DNA of 32,000 nt from Pseudomonas aeruginosa (GCF_001457615.1 NZ_LN831024.1:180001-212000); one strand, 5' to 3'. Shown: positions 1 to 8,973, counted from the stretch's first letter. Program-made: numbers and translations. Notes: generated by a model not told the origin, from the sequence alone.

Positions 1-2423
1 TGCAGAGCCTGCAGGCGCAGAACGCGGTGACCCCGTCCGGCGTGGTCGAGGCCGGCCCCGAGCGCATCTCGGTGCGCACCTCAGGCAACTTCCGTTCGGA
101 AAAGGACCTGCAGGCGGTCAACCTGCGGGTCAACGATCGTTTCTACCGGCTGTCCGACCTGGCCAGCATCAGCCGCGATTTCGTCGACCCGCCGACCTCG
201 CTGTTCCGCTACAAGGGCGAGCCGGCCATCGGCCTGGCGGTGGCGATGAAGGAGGGCGGCAATATCCTCGAGTTCGGCGAGGCGCTCAATGCGCGCATGC
301 AGGAGATCACCGGCGAACTGCCGGTTGGCGTCGGCGTGCACCAGGTGTCGAACCAGGCCCAGGTGGTGAAGAAGGCGGTCGGCGGTTTCACCCGGGCGCT
401 GTTCGAGGCGGTGGTGATCGTCCTCATCGTCAGCTTCGTCAGCCTCGGCCTGCGCGCCGGGCTGGTGGTGGCCTGCTCGATCCCGCTGGTGCTGGCGATG
501 GTCTTCGTGTTCATGGAATACACCGACATCACCATGCAGCGGGTTTCCCTCGGCGCGCTGATCATCGCCCTCGGCCTGCTGGTGGACGATGCCATGATCA
601 CCGTGGAGATGATGATCACGCGCCTCGAACTGGGCGACTCGCTGCACGACTCGGCGACCTACGCCTACACCTCGACGGCCTTCCCGATGCTCACCGGGAC
701 CCTGGTGACGGTGGCCGGCTTCGTGCCCATCGGGCTCAACGCCAGCTCCGCCGGCGAGTACACCTTCACCCTGTTCGCAGTGATCGCCGTGGCGCTGCTG
801 CTGTCGTGGATCGTCGCGGTGCTGTTCGCCCCGGTGATCGCCGTGCACATCCTGCCGAAGACTCTCAAGCACAAGTCGGAGCAGAAGAAGGGCCGCATCG
901 CCGAGCGTTTCGACAGCCTGCTGCACCTGGCGATGCGCCGGCGCTGGACGACCATCTTCCTCACCGCGCTGCTGTTCGGCGTGTCGCTGTTCCTGATGAA
1001 GTTCGTCCAGCACCAGTTCTTCCCGTCTTCCGACCGTCCGGAACTGCTGGTCGACCTCAACCTGCCGCAAAACAGCAGCATCCACGAGACCAGGGCGGTG
1101 ATGGACCGCCTGGAAGCGACGCTGAAGGACGACGAGGACATCGACCACTGGAGCGCCTACGTCGGCGAAGGCGCGATCCGCTTCTACCTGCCGCTGGACC
1201 AGCAGTTGCAGAACAACTTCTATGGCCAGCTGGTGATCGTCACCAAGGACCTGGAGGCCCGCGAGCGCGTCGCCGCGCGCCTGCGCGATCGCTTGCGCAA
1301 GGACTACGTCGGCATCAGCACCTACGTGCAGCCGCTGGAGATGGGGCCGCCGGTGGGACGGCCGATCCAGTACCGGGTCAGCGGACCGCAGATCGACAAG
1401 GTCCGCGAGTACGCCATGGGCCTGGCCGGCGTGCTCGACGGCAACCCGAACATCGGCGATATCGTCTACGACTGGAACGAGCCCGGGAAGATGCTCAAGA
1501 TCGACATCGCCCAGGACAAGGCGCGCCAGCTCGGGCTTTCCTCCGAGGACGTGGCGCAGATCATGAACAGCGTGGTGACCGGCAGCGCGGTGACCCAGGT
1601 GCGCGACGACATCTACCTGGTGAACGTCATCGGCCGCGCCGAGGATAGCGAGCGCGGCTCGCTGGAGACCCTGGAGAGCCTGCAGATCGTCACGCCCAGC
1701 GGCACCTCGATCCCGCTCAAGGCGTTCGCCAAGGTCAGCTACGAGCTGGAGCAGCCGCTGGTGTGGCGCCGCGACCGCAAGCCGACGATCACGGTGAAGG
1801 CGTCGCTGCGCGGCGAGATCCAGCCCACCGACCTGGTCGCCCGGCTGGCGCCGGAGGTCAAGCGCTTCGCCGACGGCCTGCCGGCGAACTACCGGATCGA
1901 AGTGGGCGGCACGGTGGAGGAGAGCGGCAAGGCCGAGGGCCCGATCGCCAAGGTGGTGCCGCTGATGCTGTTCCTCATGGCGACCTTCCTGATGATCCAG
2001 TTGCAGAGCGTGCAGAAGCTGTTCCTGGTGGCCAGCGTCGCGCCGCTGGGGCTGATCGGGGTGGTCGCGGCGTTGCTGCCGACCGGCACGCCGATGGGCT
2101 TCGTGGCGATCCTCGGGATTCTCGCGCTGATCGGCATCATCATCCGCAACTCGGTGATCCTGGTGACCCAGATCGATGCCTTCGAGAAAGACGGCAAGAC
2201 GCCCTGGGAAGCCGTGCTGGAAGCCACCCACCACCGCACCCGGCCGATCCTGCTGACGGCGGCGGCGGCCAGCCTGGGGATGATCCCCATCGCCCGCGAA
2301 GTGTTCTGGGGGCCGATGGCCTATGCGATGATCGGCGGCATCGTCGCCGCCACGCTGCTCACGCTGATCTTCCTGCCGGCGCTGTACGTCGCCTGGTACC
2401 GGATTCCGGAACCGGGACGCTGA
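1..2423 (+). CDS. triC: RND efflux transporter, inner membrane permease, C-terminal part (5' truncated by window edge)
   Basis: Continuous frame from nt 3 ([28 protein letters not shown]...) to TGA at 2423. RND/ACR_tran hallmarks include [15 protein letters not shown] and the repeated TM domains. Resembles remembered TriC; precise symbol is from memory of locus context. Confidence 0.88.
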   Translation, partial: QSLQAQNAVTPSGVVEAGPERISVRTSGNFRSEKDLQAVNLRVNDRFYRLSDLASISRDFVDPPTSLFRYKGEPAIGLAVAMKEGGNILEFGEALNARMQEITGELPVGVGVHQVSNQAQVVKKAVGGFTRALFEAVVIVLIVSFVSLGLRAGLVVACSIPLVLAMVFVFMEYTDITMQRVSLGALIIALGLLVDDAMITVEMMITRLELGDSLHDSATYAYTSTAFPMLTGTLVTVAGFVPIGLNASSAGEYTFTLFAVIAVALLLSWIVAVLFAPVIAVHILPKTLKHKSEQKKGRIAERFDSLLHLAMRRRWTTIFLTALLFGVSLFLMKFVQHQFFPSSDRPELLVDLNLPQNSSIHETRAVMDRLEATLKDDEDIDHWSAYVGEGAIRFYLPLDQQLQNNFYGQLVIVTKDLEARERVAARLRDRLRKDYVGISTYVQPLEMGPPVGRPIQYRVSGPQIDKVREYAMGLAGVLDGNPNIGDIVYDWNEPGKMLKIDIAQDKARQLGLSSEDVAQIMNSVVTGSAVTQVRDDIYLVNVIGRAEDSERGSLETLESLQIVTPSGTSIPLKAFAKVSYELEQPLVWRRDRKPTITVKASLRGEIQPTDLVARLAPEVKRFADGLPANYRIEVGGTVEESGKAEGPIAKVVPLMLFLMATFLMIQLQSVQKLFLVASVAPLGLIGVVAALLPTGTPMGFVAILGILALIGIIIRNSVILVTQIDAFEKDGKTPWEAVLEATHHRTRPILLTAAAASLGMIPIAREVFWGPMAYAMIGGIVAATLLTLIFLPALYVAWYRIPEPGR

Positions 2424-2509
2424 GCGCGGCGTAAGGGGAAGGGGGCGCCGCCGTAGCAGAGTCTGTGCGGGGGGAAGGAGAGCGGACGGCGGGTGGGCCA
2501 TCCGCCCCG

Positions 2510-2534
2510 ACGCCGGGCAGGGTATGCCCGGCGT
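2510..2534 (+). terminator. Perfect 10-bp inverted repeat, probable stem-loop downstream of the RND pump gene (no U-tract)
   Basis: ACGCCGGGCA (2510-2519) - GGGTA - TGCCCGGCGT (2525-2534). Confidence 0.4.
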
Positions 2535-2621
2535 TGCTACGGCGACGGCGGCCAGTATAGGCAGCCCGGCGCCAGGGAAAATCCGACCAATTTACGAATC
2601 TGTTTTGCAACCGAGGTAATA

Positions 2622-3560
2622 GTGGACACATTGCAAGGCATGCGCGTGTTCGCCAGGGTGGTGGACAGCGGCAGCTTCACTTCCGCCGCCCAGGCCCTGG
2701 ACCTGTCCACCGCGCAGGTATCGCGGCTGATCTCCGACCTGGAGGCGCACCTGCAGACGCGCCTGCTGCACCGCACCACCCGGCGCCTGGCCCTGACCGA
2801 GGCCGGCGAGCGCTACCTGGAGCGGTGCCGCGGGATCCTCGAGGACATCGAGGTCGCCGAGGCCGAAGCCGCCGGCGCGCACATCCGCCCCTGCGGCCGC
2901 TTGCGCGTGCAGTCGCTGATGGGCATGGGCCAGCATCACCTGGTGCCGATGATCGCCCGCTACGGCGCACTGTTCCCCGACGTGGTGATCGAGCTGACCC
3001 TGTCCCAGCGCAACCCGGACATGCTCGAGGAAGGCCAGGACGTGCTGATCACCGGCGAGCGCCAGTTGCCCGACTCGGAGTTCGTCGCCCAGCGCCTGGG
3101 CAGCATCCACAGCGTGCTCTGCGCCAGTCCCGGCTACCTGCAGCAGCACGGCGTGCCACGCTCGGTGGACGACCTGGAGCGCCACGTCTGCCTGCGCCTG
3201 CAGGACCCGGCCTACCCGGAGGGCTGGATCTTCGCCGACGAGCAGGGCGAGCGCACCGTCAGCCCGCAGAACACCTTCATGGTCAATGTCGCCGAGGTCA
3301 TGGCCCAGGCGGCCAAGGCCGACCTCGGCATCGCCCTGCTGCCCAGCTACGTGGCGGCCGCGGCGCTGCGCAACGGCGAGCTGCTACGAGTGTTGCCCGG
3401 CCATGCCATGCACCAGCGGACCATCTATGCGCTGTATCCCTCGCGGCGTTACCTGGACGCGAAGATCCGCACCTGGGTCGATCTGTTGCAACAGGAACTT
3501 CCCCAGGCATTCGCCCGCGACGAAACTACCATGCAAAGTTCAAGTTACTGGGCACAGTGA
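2622..3560 (+). CDS. LysR-family transcriptional regulator
   Basis: N-terminal HTH: MRVFARVVDSGSFTSAAQALDLSTAQVSRLISDLEAHLQTRLLHRTTRRLALTEAG. GTG at 2622 has GAGG upstream; ATG at 2640 is an alternative start. The track ORF beginning at 2493 is over-extended. Confidence 0.9.
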   Translation: MDTLQGMRVFARVVDSGSFTSAAQALDLSTAQVSRLISDLEAHLQTRLLHRTTRRLALTEAGERYLERCRGILEDIEVAEAEAAGAHIRPCGRLRVQSLMGMGQHHLVPMIARYGALFPDVVIELTLSQRNPDMLEEGQDVLITGERQLPDSEFVAQRLGSIHSVLCASPGYLQQHGVPRSVDDLERHVCLRLQDPAYPEGWIFADEQGERTVSPQNTFMVNVAEVMAQAAKADLGIALLPSYVAAAALRNGELLRVLPGHAMHQRTIYALYPSRRYLDAKIRTWVDLLQQELPQAFARDETTMQSSSYWAQ

Positions 3561-3675
3561 AGGATTGTTGTTATTGAGGTAATACTCTCTCGTCTGTTTG
3601 GCTATTTTTCCGAGCATGGCGGTTAACTAATATGGCGCCTGTCCCAAGTGAACAGGGTGTCATCGGAGACCCGCC

Positions 3676-3861
3676 ATGAATCGCCAGATCCTTGCTGCCG
3701 CCATACTCAGTTTGTTTTCCCTCGCATTTTCCCAGGCCGGTTTCGCCGAAGAGTCCTCGCTGATGACCAACCGCATGGTCGACGCCAACCAGCAGGCCAT
3801 CGAGCACCAGCAGGAACTTTCCGCCTCCGCCGCGCAGGCCGGGGCCCGCAGCGACTCCTGA
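3676..3861 (+). CDS. Small secreted/periplasmic protein of unknown function (61 aa precursor)
   Basis: MNRQILAAAILSLFSLAFSQAGFAEESSLMTNRMVDANQQAIEHQQELSASAAQAGARSDS: a signal-peptide-like N-terminus with a plausible cleavage site AGFA^EES, GGAG ribosome-binding site at 3664-3667, and a terminator downstream. Confidence 0.7.
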   Translation: MNRQILAAAILSLFSLAFSQAGFAEESSLMTNRMVDANQQAIEHQQELSASAAQAGARSDS

Positions 3862-3937
3862 TCTAGCGCATGGCGCCAGCCGCGCCATGGCTTCCCCCGG
3901 GTACTCGGGAAGCGTGAGCCTGGGTACCCTGTCCTTG

Positions 3938-3966
3938 CGCCGCATATGATATGCGGCGTTTTTTTT
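3938..3966 (+). terminator. Rho-independent terminator after the small secreted ORF
   Basis: CGCCGCAT (3938-3945) - ATGAT - ATGCGGCG (3951-3958) followed by T8. Confidence 0.85.
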
Positions 3967-4051
3967 GCCTTCCTGACCGTTCGGACAATTCTTGCAGAAT
4001 ATGTAAAAGACTTTCGTTGGATATCGGGTTTTTCCGATAGTGGCAAAAAAA

Positions 4052-4057
4052 TATAAT
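4052..4057 (+). promoter_or_regulatory. Candidate sigma-70 -10 hexamer TATAAT
   Basis: Perfect TATAAT at 4052-4057 in an A-rich context. A weak TTTTCC-like -35 lies about 16 nt upstream. Predicted TSS about 4064. Confidence 0.4.
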
Positions 4058-4063
4058 CGCGCC

Positions 4064-4312
4064 AGCTCAATGGATAATTGTCGCTGGCTGTCGACGATAT
4101 TCGTTCTGTCTTCATCGATCTCGCCATGCAAGAGCGGGACGTGGAAAGCCTAAAGCCTGATGAGTCGAAGAGACTTTCAATAGAAGAGTCCGACTGCGTT
4201 CCAGCCGGTTTCCAGTGTCCGGAAATACACTGGCAAGACTTCCCGACGCCGAACTTTGATTGCTCCTATTCGACGTCTTCTCAAGGCCGCTGATACCAGC
4301 GGCCTTTTTTTT
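4064..4312 (+). ncRNA. Candidate small RNA or small mRNA, about 250 nt
   Basis: TATAAT upstream; internal 7-bp stem CCAGTGT (4212-4218)/ACACTGG (4227-4233); 3' end is a canonical intrinsic terminator. Composition is clearly less GC-rich than the flanking genes. Contains an ORF 4126-4293 (or TTG start at 4078) with weak GC3 bias and no clear SD. Confidence 0.45.
4283..4312 (+). terminator. Strong rho-independent terminator
   Basis: AAGGCCGCTG (4283-4292) - ATAC - CAGCGGCCTT (4297-4306), continuing into a run of eight T. Confidence 0.9.
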
Positions 4313-4447
4313 CGGGTTGCGCCCGGCTGGGCGCCCCATGGGAGCGATCGCCCGCGCGACGCCAGCAGAAGCGTCGCCGGGAACGACACCACAACACGCT
4401 TTCCGGCCTTGCCGGATTTCACCACGCTGTAAGAAGGAGCAACCGCA

Positions 4448-5782
4448 ATGAGGAATCTGTTCGCCTTGACGCCGATGGCGCTGGCGCTGTGCACCGCGTC
4501 CGCCGCCTGGGCCGATGAGGGGGAAGCCAAAGAAGGCTTCATCGAAGGCTCCAGCCTCCAATTGCTGACCCGCAACTACTACTTCAACCATGACCGCCGG
4601 CACGCTTCCGGGCACGACAGCAAGGAATGGGCGCAAGGCTTCATCGCCACCTTTCAGTCCGGCTACACGCCCGGCGTGGTCGGCTTCGGCGTCGACGCCT
4701 ACGGCATGCTCGGGCTGAAGCTCGACGGCGGCGGCGGTACCGGCGGCACCAGCATCCTGCCGATCACCGCGCCGAGCAAGGAAGGCTACGAATCCGGCAA
4801 GGCGCCCGATGAGTTCTCCAGTGGCGGGGCGGCGCTGAAGATCCGCGCCTTCGACACCGAGCTGAAGCTGGGCGACCAGTTCCTCAGCAACCCGGTGGTC
4901 GCCGGCGGCGAGTCGCGCATGCTGCCGCAGACCTTCCGCGGTGTGAGCCTGACCAACAACAGTTTCGAGGACCTGACCCTCACGGCTGGCCAGGTCAGTT
5001 TCACCAAGTACTACAACCAGAGTGGCCACCGTCGCCTCGGCTCGTACTACGGCGAACTGCCGGGCGACCGCGACAGCCATCATCTCAGCTGGCTGGGCGG
5101 CACCTGGGGCGGCATCGAGGGCTTCACCAGCAGCCTGTACGCCGCCGAACTGCAGAACGTCTGGAAGCAGTACTACGCCGACGTCGACTACACCTACGAG
5201 ATCGACGACAACTGGTCGCTGAACCCCGGCGCGCACTACTACAAGACCGTCGACAGCGGCGACTCGTTGCTCGGCCGGATCGACAACAACACCTACAGCC
5301 TGCATTTCGCGGTCGGCTACAGGCAGCACACCGTCACCGCGGTGCTGCAGAAGGTCAACGGCAACACGCCGTTCGACTACATCAACCAGGGCGACAGCAT
5401 CTTCCTCGACAACTCGCAGCAGTATTCCGACTTCAACGGTCCCAACGAGAAGTCCTGGAAGCTGCAATACGACTACGACTTCGTCGCCCTCGGCCTACCC
5501 GGCCTGAGCGCCTCGGCCTCGTACTCGCGCGGCAAGCTGGACCTGACCCGGGTCGATCCGGACAGCCCCGGCTACGGCGGCTGGTACAGCGCCGACGGCA
5601 AGAACGCCAAGCACTGGGAACGCGACCTCGACCTGCAGTACGTGGTCCAGGGCGGTCCGGCCAAGGACCTCTCGCTGCGCCTGCGCTGGGCCACCCACCG
5701 CGGCACCGGCGGCTACAGCGCGGTGGACAACGACATCGACGAATACCGGGTGATCGTCGACTATCCCATCGACGTGCTCTGA
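4448..5782 (+). CDS. opdC: OprD-family outer membrane porin (OpdC-like)
   Basis: 444 aa with signal peptide [22 protein letters not shown] and OprD-family signatures ([43 protein letters not shown]...[13 protein letters not shown]). AAGGAG ribosome-binding site. Confidence 0.9.
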   Translation: MRNLFALTPMALALCTASAAWADEGEAKEGFIEGSSLQLLTRNYYFNHDRRHASGHDSKEWAQGFIATFQSGYTPGVVGFGVDAYGMLGLKLDGGGGTGGTSILPITAPSKEGYESGKAPDEFSSGGAALKIRAFDTELKLGDQFLSNPVVAGGESRMLPQTFRGVSLTNNSFEDLTLTAGQVSFTKYYNQSGHRRLGSYYGELPGDRDSHHLSWLGGTWGGIEGFTSSLYAAELQNVWKQYYADVDYTYEIDDNWSLNPGAHYYKTVDSGDSLLGRIDNNTYSLHFAVGYRQHTVTAVLQKVNGNTPFDYINQGDSIFLDNSQQYSDFNGPNEKSWKLQYDYDFVALGLPGLSASASYSRGKLDLTRVDPDSPGYGGWYSADGKNAKHWERDLDLQYVVQGGPAKDLSLRLRWATHRGTGGYSAVDNDIDEYRVIVDYPIDVL

Positions 5783-5790
5783 GCCCCGCG

Positions 5791-5816
5791 CGCTGGGCCC
5801 TTCGCCGGGCTCAGCG
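5791..5816. terminator. Stem-loop between convergent porin and AraC genes, possible bidirectional terminator
   Basis: CGCTGGGCCC (5791-5800) - TTCGCC - GGGCTCAGCG (5807-5816), 9/10 paired. Overlaps the stop codon of the minus-strand gene. Confidence 0.5.
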
Positions 5817-6608
5817 CTGGCGGAACAGTTCGCCGGGAGTGAAGCCGAAGAGTCCCTTGAAGGCGGCGATGTAGGCCGAGGTCGAGTCGTAGCCGCTGTC
5901 CAGGGCGGCGCCGGTGACGCTGTCGCCGGCTTCCAGCGCGTTGAGCGAGGCGAGCAGGCGCTGGCGTTGGCGCCAGAGCCGGTAGTTCATCCCGGTCTCG
6001 CGCTGGAACAGGCGCGACAGGGTCTTTTCCGAGGTGCCCAGGCGCTGCGCCCAGTCGCCCATGGTCAGGCTCTGGGTCGGTTCGTCGATCAGTGCCTGGC
6101 ACAGCCGCAGCAGGCGCGGCTCGCGCGGCATCGGCAGGGAGAAGGCGACCTCCGGCAGCAGCCGCAACTGGTCCAGCAGCACCTGCACCAGCCGCGATTC
6201 GGCGCTGTCGCCCTCCGGGTAGTCCACCGGCAACTCGCAGAAACTCTTGATCAGCTCGCGCGCCAGCGGCGTCACCTCCAGCACCCGGCAACGCGTCGGC
6301 GCCCAGGCGCAGGCGTCGCCACGGATGTACAGGCTGCGCATCTCGGCGCGGGTGGAGGTGACCACCTCGTGTTCCAGCTGCGCCGGAATCCAGATCGCCC
6401 GCTGCGGCGGGGCGAAGAAGCTGCCCTCGGCGGTATGTACGCCGAGCACGCCGCTGATGGCGTAGGAAAGCTGTACCCAGGCGTGCCGGTGGCGCGAGGT
6501 CCAGGAGCCGGCGCGCAGGCTTTCGGCGCGCGCGTAGACCGGCCGTGGCAGGCGGGCGAGGGTGGGAATCGGGCGGTGCAGTTCCGCAGGCTGTCCGTTC
6601 ATCGTCAT
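5811..6608 (-). CDS. AraC-family transcriptional regulator (cupin plus AraC HTH)
   Basis: MTMNGQPAELHRPIP...; C-terminal HTH SLTMGDWAQRLGTSEKTLSRLFQRETGMNYRLWRQRQRLLASL...GYDSTSAYIAAFKGLFGFTPGEL. Confidence 0.92.
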   Translation of the reverse strand: MTMNGQPAELHRPIPTLARLPRPVYARAESLRAGSWTSRHRHAWVQLSYAISGVLGVHTAEGSFFAPPQRAIWIPAQLEHEVVTSTRAEMRSLYIRGDACAWAPTRCRVLEVTPLARELIKSFCELPVDYPEGDSAESRLVQVLLDQLRLLPEVAFSLPMPREPRLLRLCQALIDEPTQSLTMGDWAQRLGTSEKTLSRLFQRETGMNYRLWRQRQRLLASLNALEAGDSVTGAALDSGYDSTSAYIAAFKGLFGFTPGELFRQR

Positions 6609-6685
6609 GACTTGGCGTCGTGTCGCTAGTCGGCAGAGTCTGGCAGGGCTAACCTGCCGCCTCAAGTTTCCCGGAGCCCACGCCG

Positions 6686-8302
6686 ATGCTCGACTTCTCC
6701 GCCCACGCGCTTCCCTACGCCTCGCAACGTTCGCCGGTCCATGCCCGCCGCGGCATGGTCGCCACCTCGCAGCCGCAGGCGGCGCAGGTCGGGTTGGAGA
6801 TATTGCGCCGTGGCGGCAATGCCATCGACGCGGCGATCGCCACCGCCGCCGCGCTGACGGTGGTCGAGCCGACCGGCTGCGGGATTGGCGGCGATGCCTT
6901 CGCCCTGGTCTGGACCCGCGGACGCCTGCACGGCCTGGACGCCAGCGGGCGCGCGCCGGGCCTGCTCGATCGCGAGCGGGTGCGCGCCGCCGGCCACGAG
7001 CGGATGCCGCTGTACGGCTGGACGCCGGTCACCGTGCCGGGCTGTCCGGCGGCCTGGGGCGAACTGTCGCGGCGCTTCGGCAAATTGCCGTTCGAACAAC
7101 TGCTGCGGCCGGCGATCGAGCTGGCTCGCGATGGCTTTCCGGTCTCGCCGGTGATCGCCCGCCTGTGGCAGAGCGGCCTGGACAAGTTCCGCGCGGCGTT
7201 GCCGCAGCGGCCCGAGCTGCGGGCCTGGTTCGACGAGTTCCTCATCGACGGCCGGGCGCCGCGCGCCGGCGAGGTGTTCCGCCAGCCGGGCCAGGCCGAC
7301 ACCCTGGACGAGCTGGCGCGCAGCCAGTGCGAAAGCTTCTATCGCGGCGAGCTGGCCAGGGCCATCGTCGGCCACGCCGAGCGCAGCGGCGGCTACCTGC
7401 GCGCGGAGGACCTGGCCGGCTACCAGGCGAAGTGGGTCGAACCGATCTCACTGAACTACCGTGGCTATGACGTCTGGGAGATTCCGCCGAGCGGCCAGGG
7501 CCTGATCGCCCTGATGACCCTGAACATCCTCAAGGGCTTCGAATTCGGCGAGCGCGACTGCGCGCGGACCTGGCATCGCCAACTGGAGGCGATGAAGCTG
7601 GCGTACGTCGACGGGCTGCACTACATCAGCCAGCCGCAGTCGATGCGGGTCTCGGTCGAGGAACTGCTGCACGAGGACTACGCCGCCAGCCGCCGTGCGC
7701 TGATCGGCGAGCGCGCGCTCGATCCCAGTCCCGGCCAGCCGAGGCCGGGCGGCACGGTGTACCTGGCCTGTGGCGACGAGGAGGGCAACCTGGTCTCGTT
7801 CATCCAGAGCAACTACCACGGCTTCGGCTCCGGCGTGGTGGTGCCCGGCACCGGCATCGCCTTGCAGAACCGCGGCGCCGAGTTCAGCCTCGATCCGGAC
7901 CACGTGAATTGCCTGGAGCCGGGCAAGCAGACCTTCCACACCATCATTCCCGGTTTCCTCAGCAAGGACGGCGTGCCGCTCGGCCCGTTCGGCGTGATGG
8001 GCGCCTATATGCAGCCGCAGGGCCACGTGCAGATGGTGATGAACCTGGTGGACTTCGGCCTCAACCCCCAGGCTGCCCTCGACGCGCCGCGCTGGCAGTG
8101 GCTGGGCGGGCTGCGCGTCGGCATCGAACATGCCGCGCCGCGCGCGCTGGCGGCGGAGCTGGCGCAGCGTGGGCACCAGGTGGAGATCGCCTACGACTCG
8201 ACCAGCTACGGGCGCGGCCAGATCGTCCTGCGCGACCCGGCCAGCGGCGTGCTCTGTGGCGGCACCGAGCCGCGCACCGATTCGCAGATCGCGGTGTGGT
8301 GA
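6686..8302 (+). CDS. Gamma-glutamyltransferase family protein
   Basis: AATAAALTVVEPTGCGIGGDAFALVW; PGGTVYLACGDEEGNLVSFIQSNY (catalytic Thr region); C-terminal half of the GGT fold. 538 aa. Confidence 0.92.
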   Translation: MLDFSAHALPYASQRSPVHARRGMVATSQPQAAQVGLEILRRGGNAIDAAIATAAALTVVEPTGCGIGGDAFALVWTRGRLHGLDASGRAPGLLDRERVRAAGHERMPLYGWTPVTVPGCPAAWGELSRRFGKLPFEQLLRPAIELARDGFPVSPVIARLWQSGLDKFRAALPQRPELRAWFDEFLIDGRAPRAGEVFRQPGQADTLDELARSQCESFYRGELARAIVGHAERSGGYLRAEDLAGYQAKWVEPISLNYRGYDVWEIPPSGQGLIALMTLNILKGFEFGERDCARTWHRQLEAMKLAYVDGLHYISQPQSMRVSVEELLHEDYAASRRALIGERALDPSPGQPRPGGTVYLACGDEEGNLVSFIQSNYHGFGSGVVVPGTGIALQNRGAEFSLDPDHVNCLEPGKQTFHTIIPGFLSKDGVPLGPFGVMGAYMQPQGHVQMVMNLVDFGLNPQAALDAPRWQWLGGLRVGIEHAAPRALAAELAQRGHQVEIAYDSTSYGRGQIVLRDPASGVLCGGTEPRTDSQIAVW

Positions 8303-8337
8303 GGGGACCCATGTGGGTGAGGCGGGGAGACCTGTCC

Positions 8338-8365
8338 GGCGGATAATGCCCAAGGCGTATCCGCC
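8338..8365. repeat. REP-like palindromic extragenic element
   Basis: GGCGGATAATGCC (8338-8350) - CAA - GGCGTATCCGCC (8354-8365), 35 bp past the GGT stop codon. Resembles the widespread GGCGGATAACGCC/GGCGTTATCCGCC extragenic family. Confidence 0.6.
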
Positions 8366-8631
8366 CTGCGGATGGCGAAGCAAGAAGTCCCGGCAGGCAT
8401 AGGCTGCCAGGCGACCCGTACTCGAGCGCGCTCCGCTACGCAACATCGAGAGCGCCTTCTGGTTGTCATGCCACCGGAGTCTCCCAGGCCCTGGCGAATT
8501 TACGTCCGGGCGTCCTGAAACCCGACGAAAAACCCCATTCGGGGATGAATTCCGCCCGCCGTCTCTGGCATCATCCGCGCCGCTTCTCGCCCGAACGCCG
8601 GGGCGGTGATGTGTAGAAAGACCACGCACTG

Positions 8632-8645
8632 TTTTGTGTACAAAA
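8632..8645. promoter_or_regulatory. Candidate operator palindrome
   Basis: TTTTGT-GT-ACAAAA, perfect 6-bp arms. Confidence 0.4.
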
Positions 8646-8659
8646 GTCTGCTGATTCTT

Positions 8660-8670
8660 TTTGTCACAAA
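8660..8670. promoter_or_regulatory. Candidate operator palindrome
   Basis: TTTGT-C-ACAAA, perfect 5-bp arms sharing the half-site of 8632-8645. Confidence 0.35.
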
Positions 8671-8973
8671 TCGTTTTTGTGTATCCAGTTTTCTTCGCGC
8701 TGCCAACCCAAAGTCGAGCACGCCCCTCCCGACCACGCACCAGTGCAAGGCAAAAACTGTCCTTGGGGTCAGGTTTTTGCCGTCGTAGAGAGGTTGGAGG
8801 CATTTCGCCGCCTTTGTCCAAAACACTGAAAAAACAGGCGTTCCCTTCGCCGCAGGAAACCCGGCGAAGCGCCCGCGCCGTCTTGGCTTCGTTCTTGCTA
8901 TCCATGGCGAGGCCTGACCGCTCGGACAGGTTCGCCCACTAGAAGAAAAGCTATTCACTCCAGGAGCGTTTCA

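Noticed and set aside
81-2501. 806-aa antisense ORF opposite the RND pump gene
   Set aside because: Typical GC-rich mirror frame: composition dominated by R/A/H/Q/D/L, no domain-like sequence, fully antisense to a conserved gene.
8528-8544. Possible minus-strand mini-terminator (CCCC-GAAT-GGGG-TTTTT)
   Set aside because: Stem is only 4 bp; too weak to support an antisense transcript without expression data.
7448-8905. 485-aa minus-strand ORF opposite the GGT gene and its downstream region
   Set aside because: Mirror frame in the coding part; the intergenic part has no credible RBS or domain.
8661-8942. 93-aa ORF (MSQIVFVYPVFFALPTQSR...) in the leader of the Tsx-like gene
   Set aside because: Arg/Ser/Pro-rich, no convincing SD, overlaps predicted RNA stems; more likely 5' UTR.
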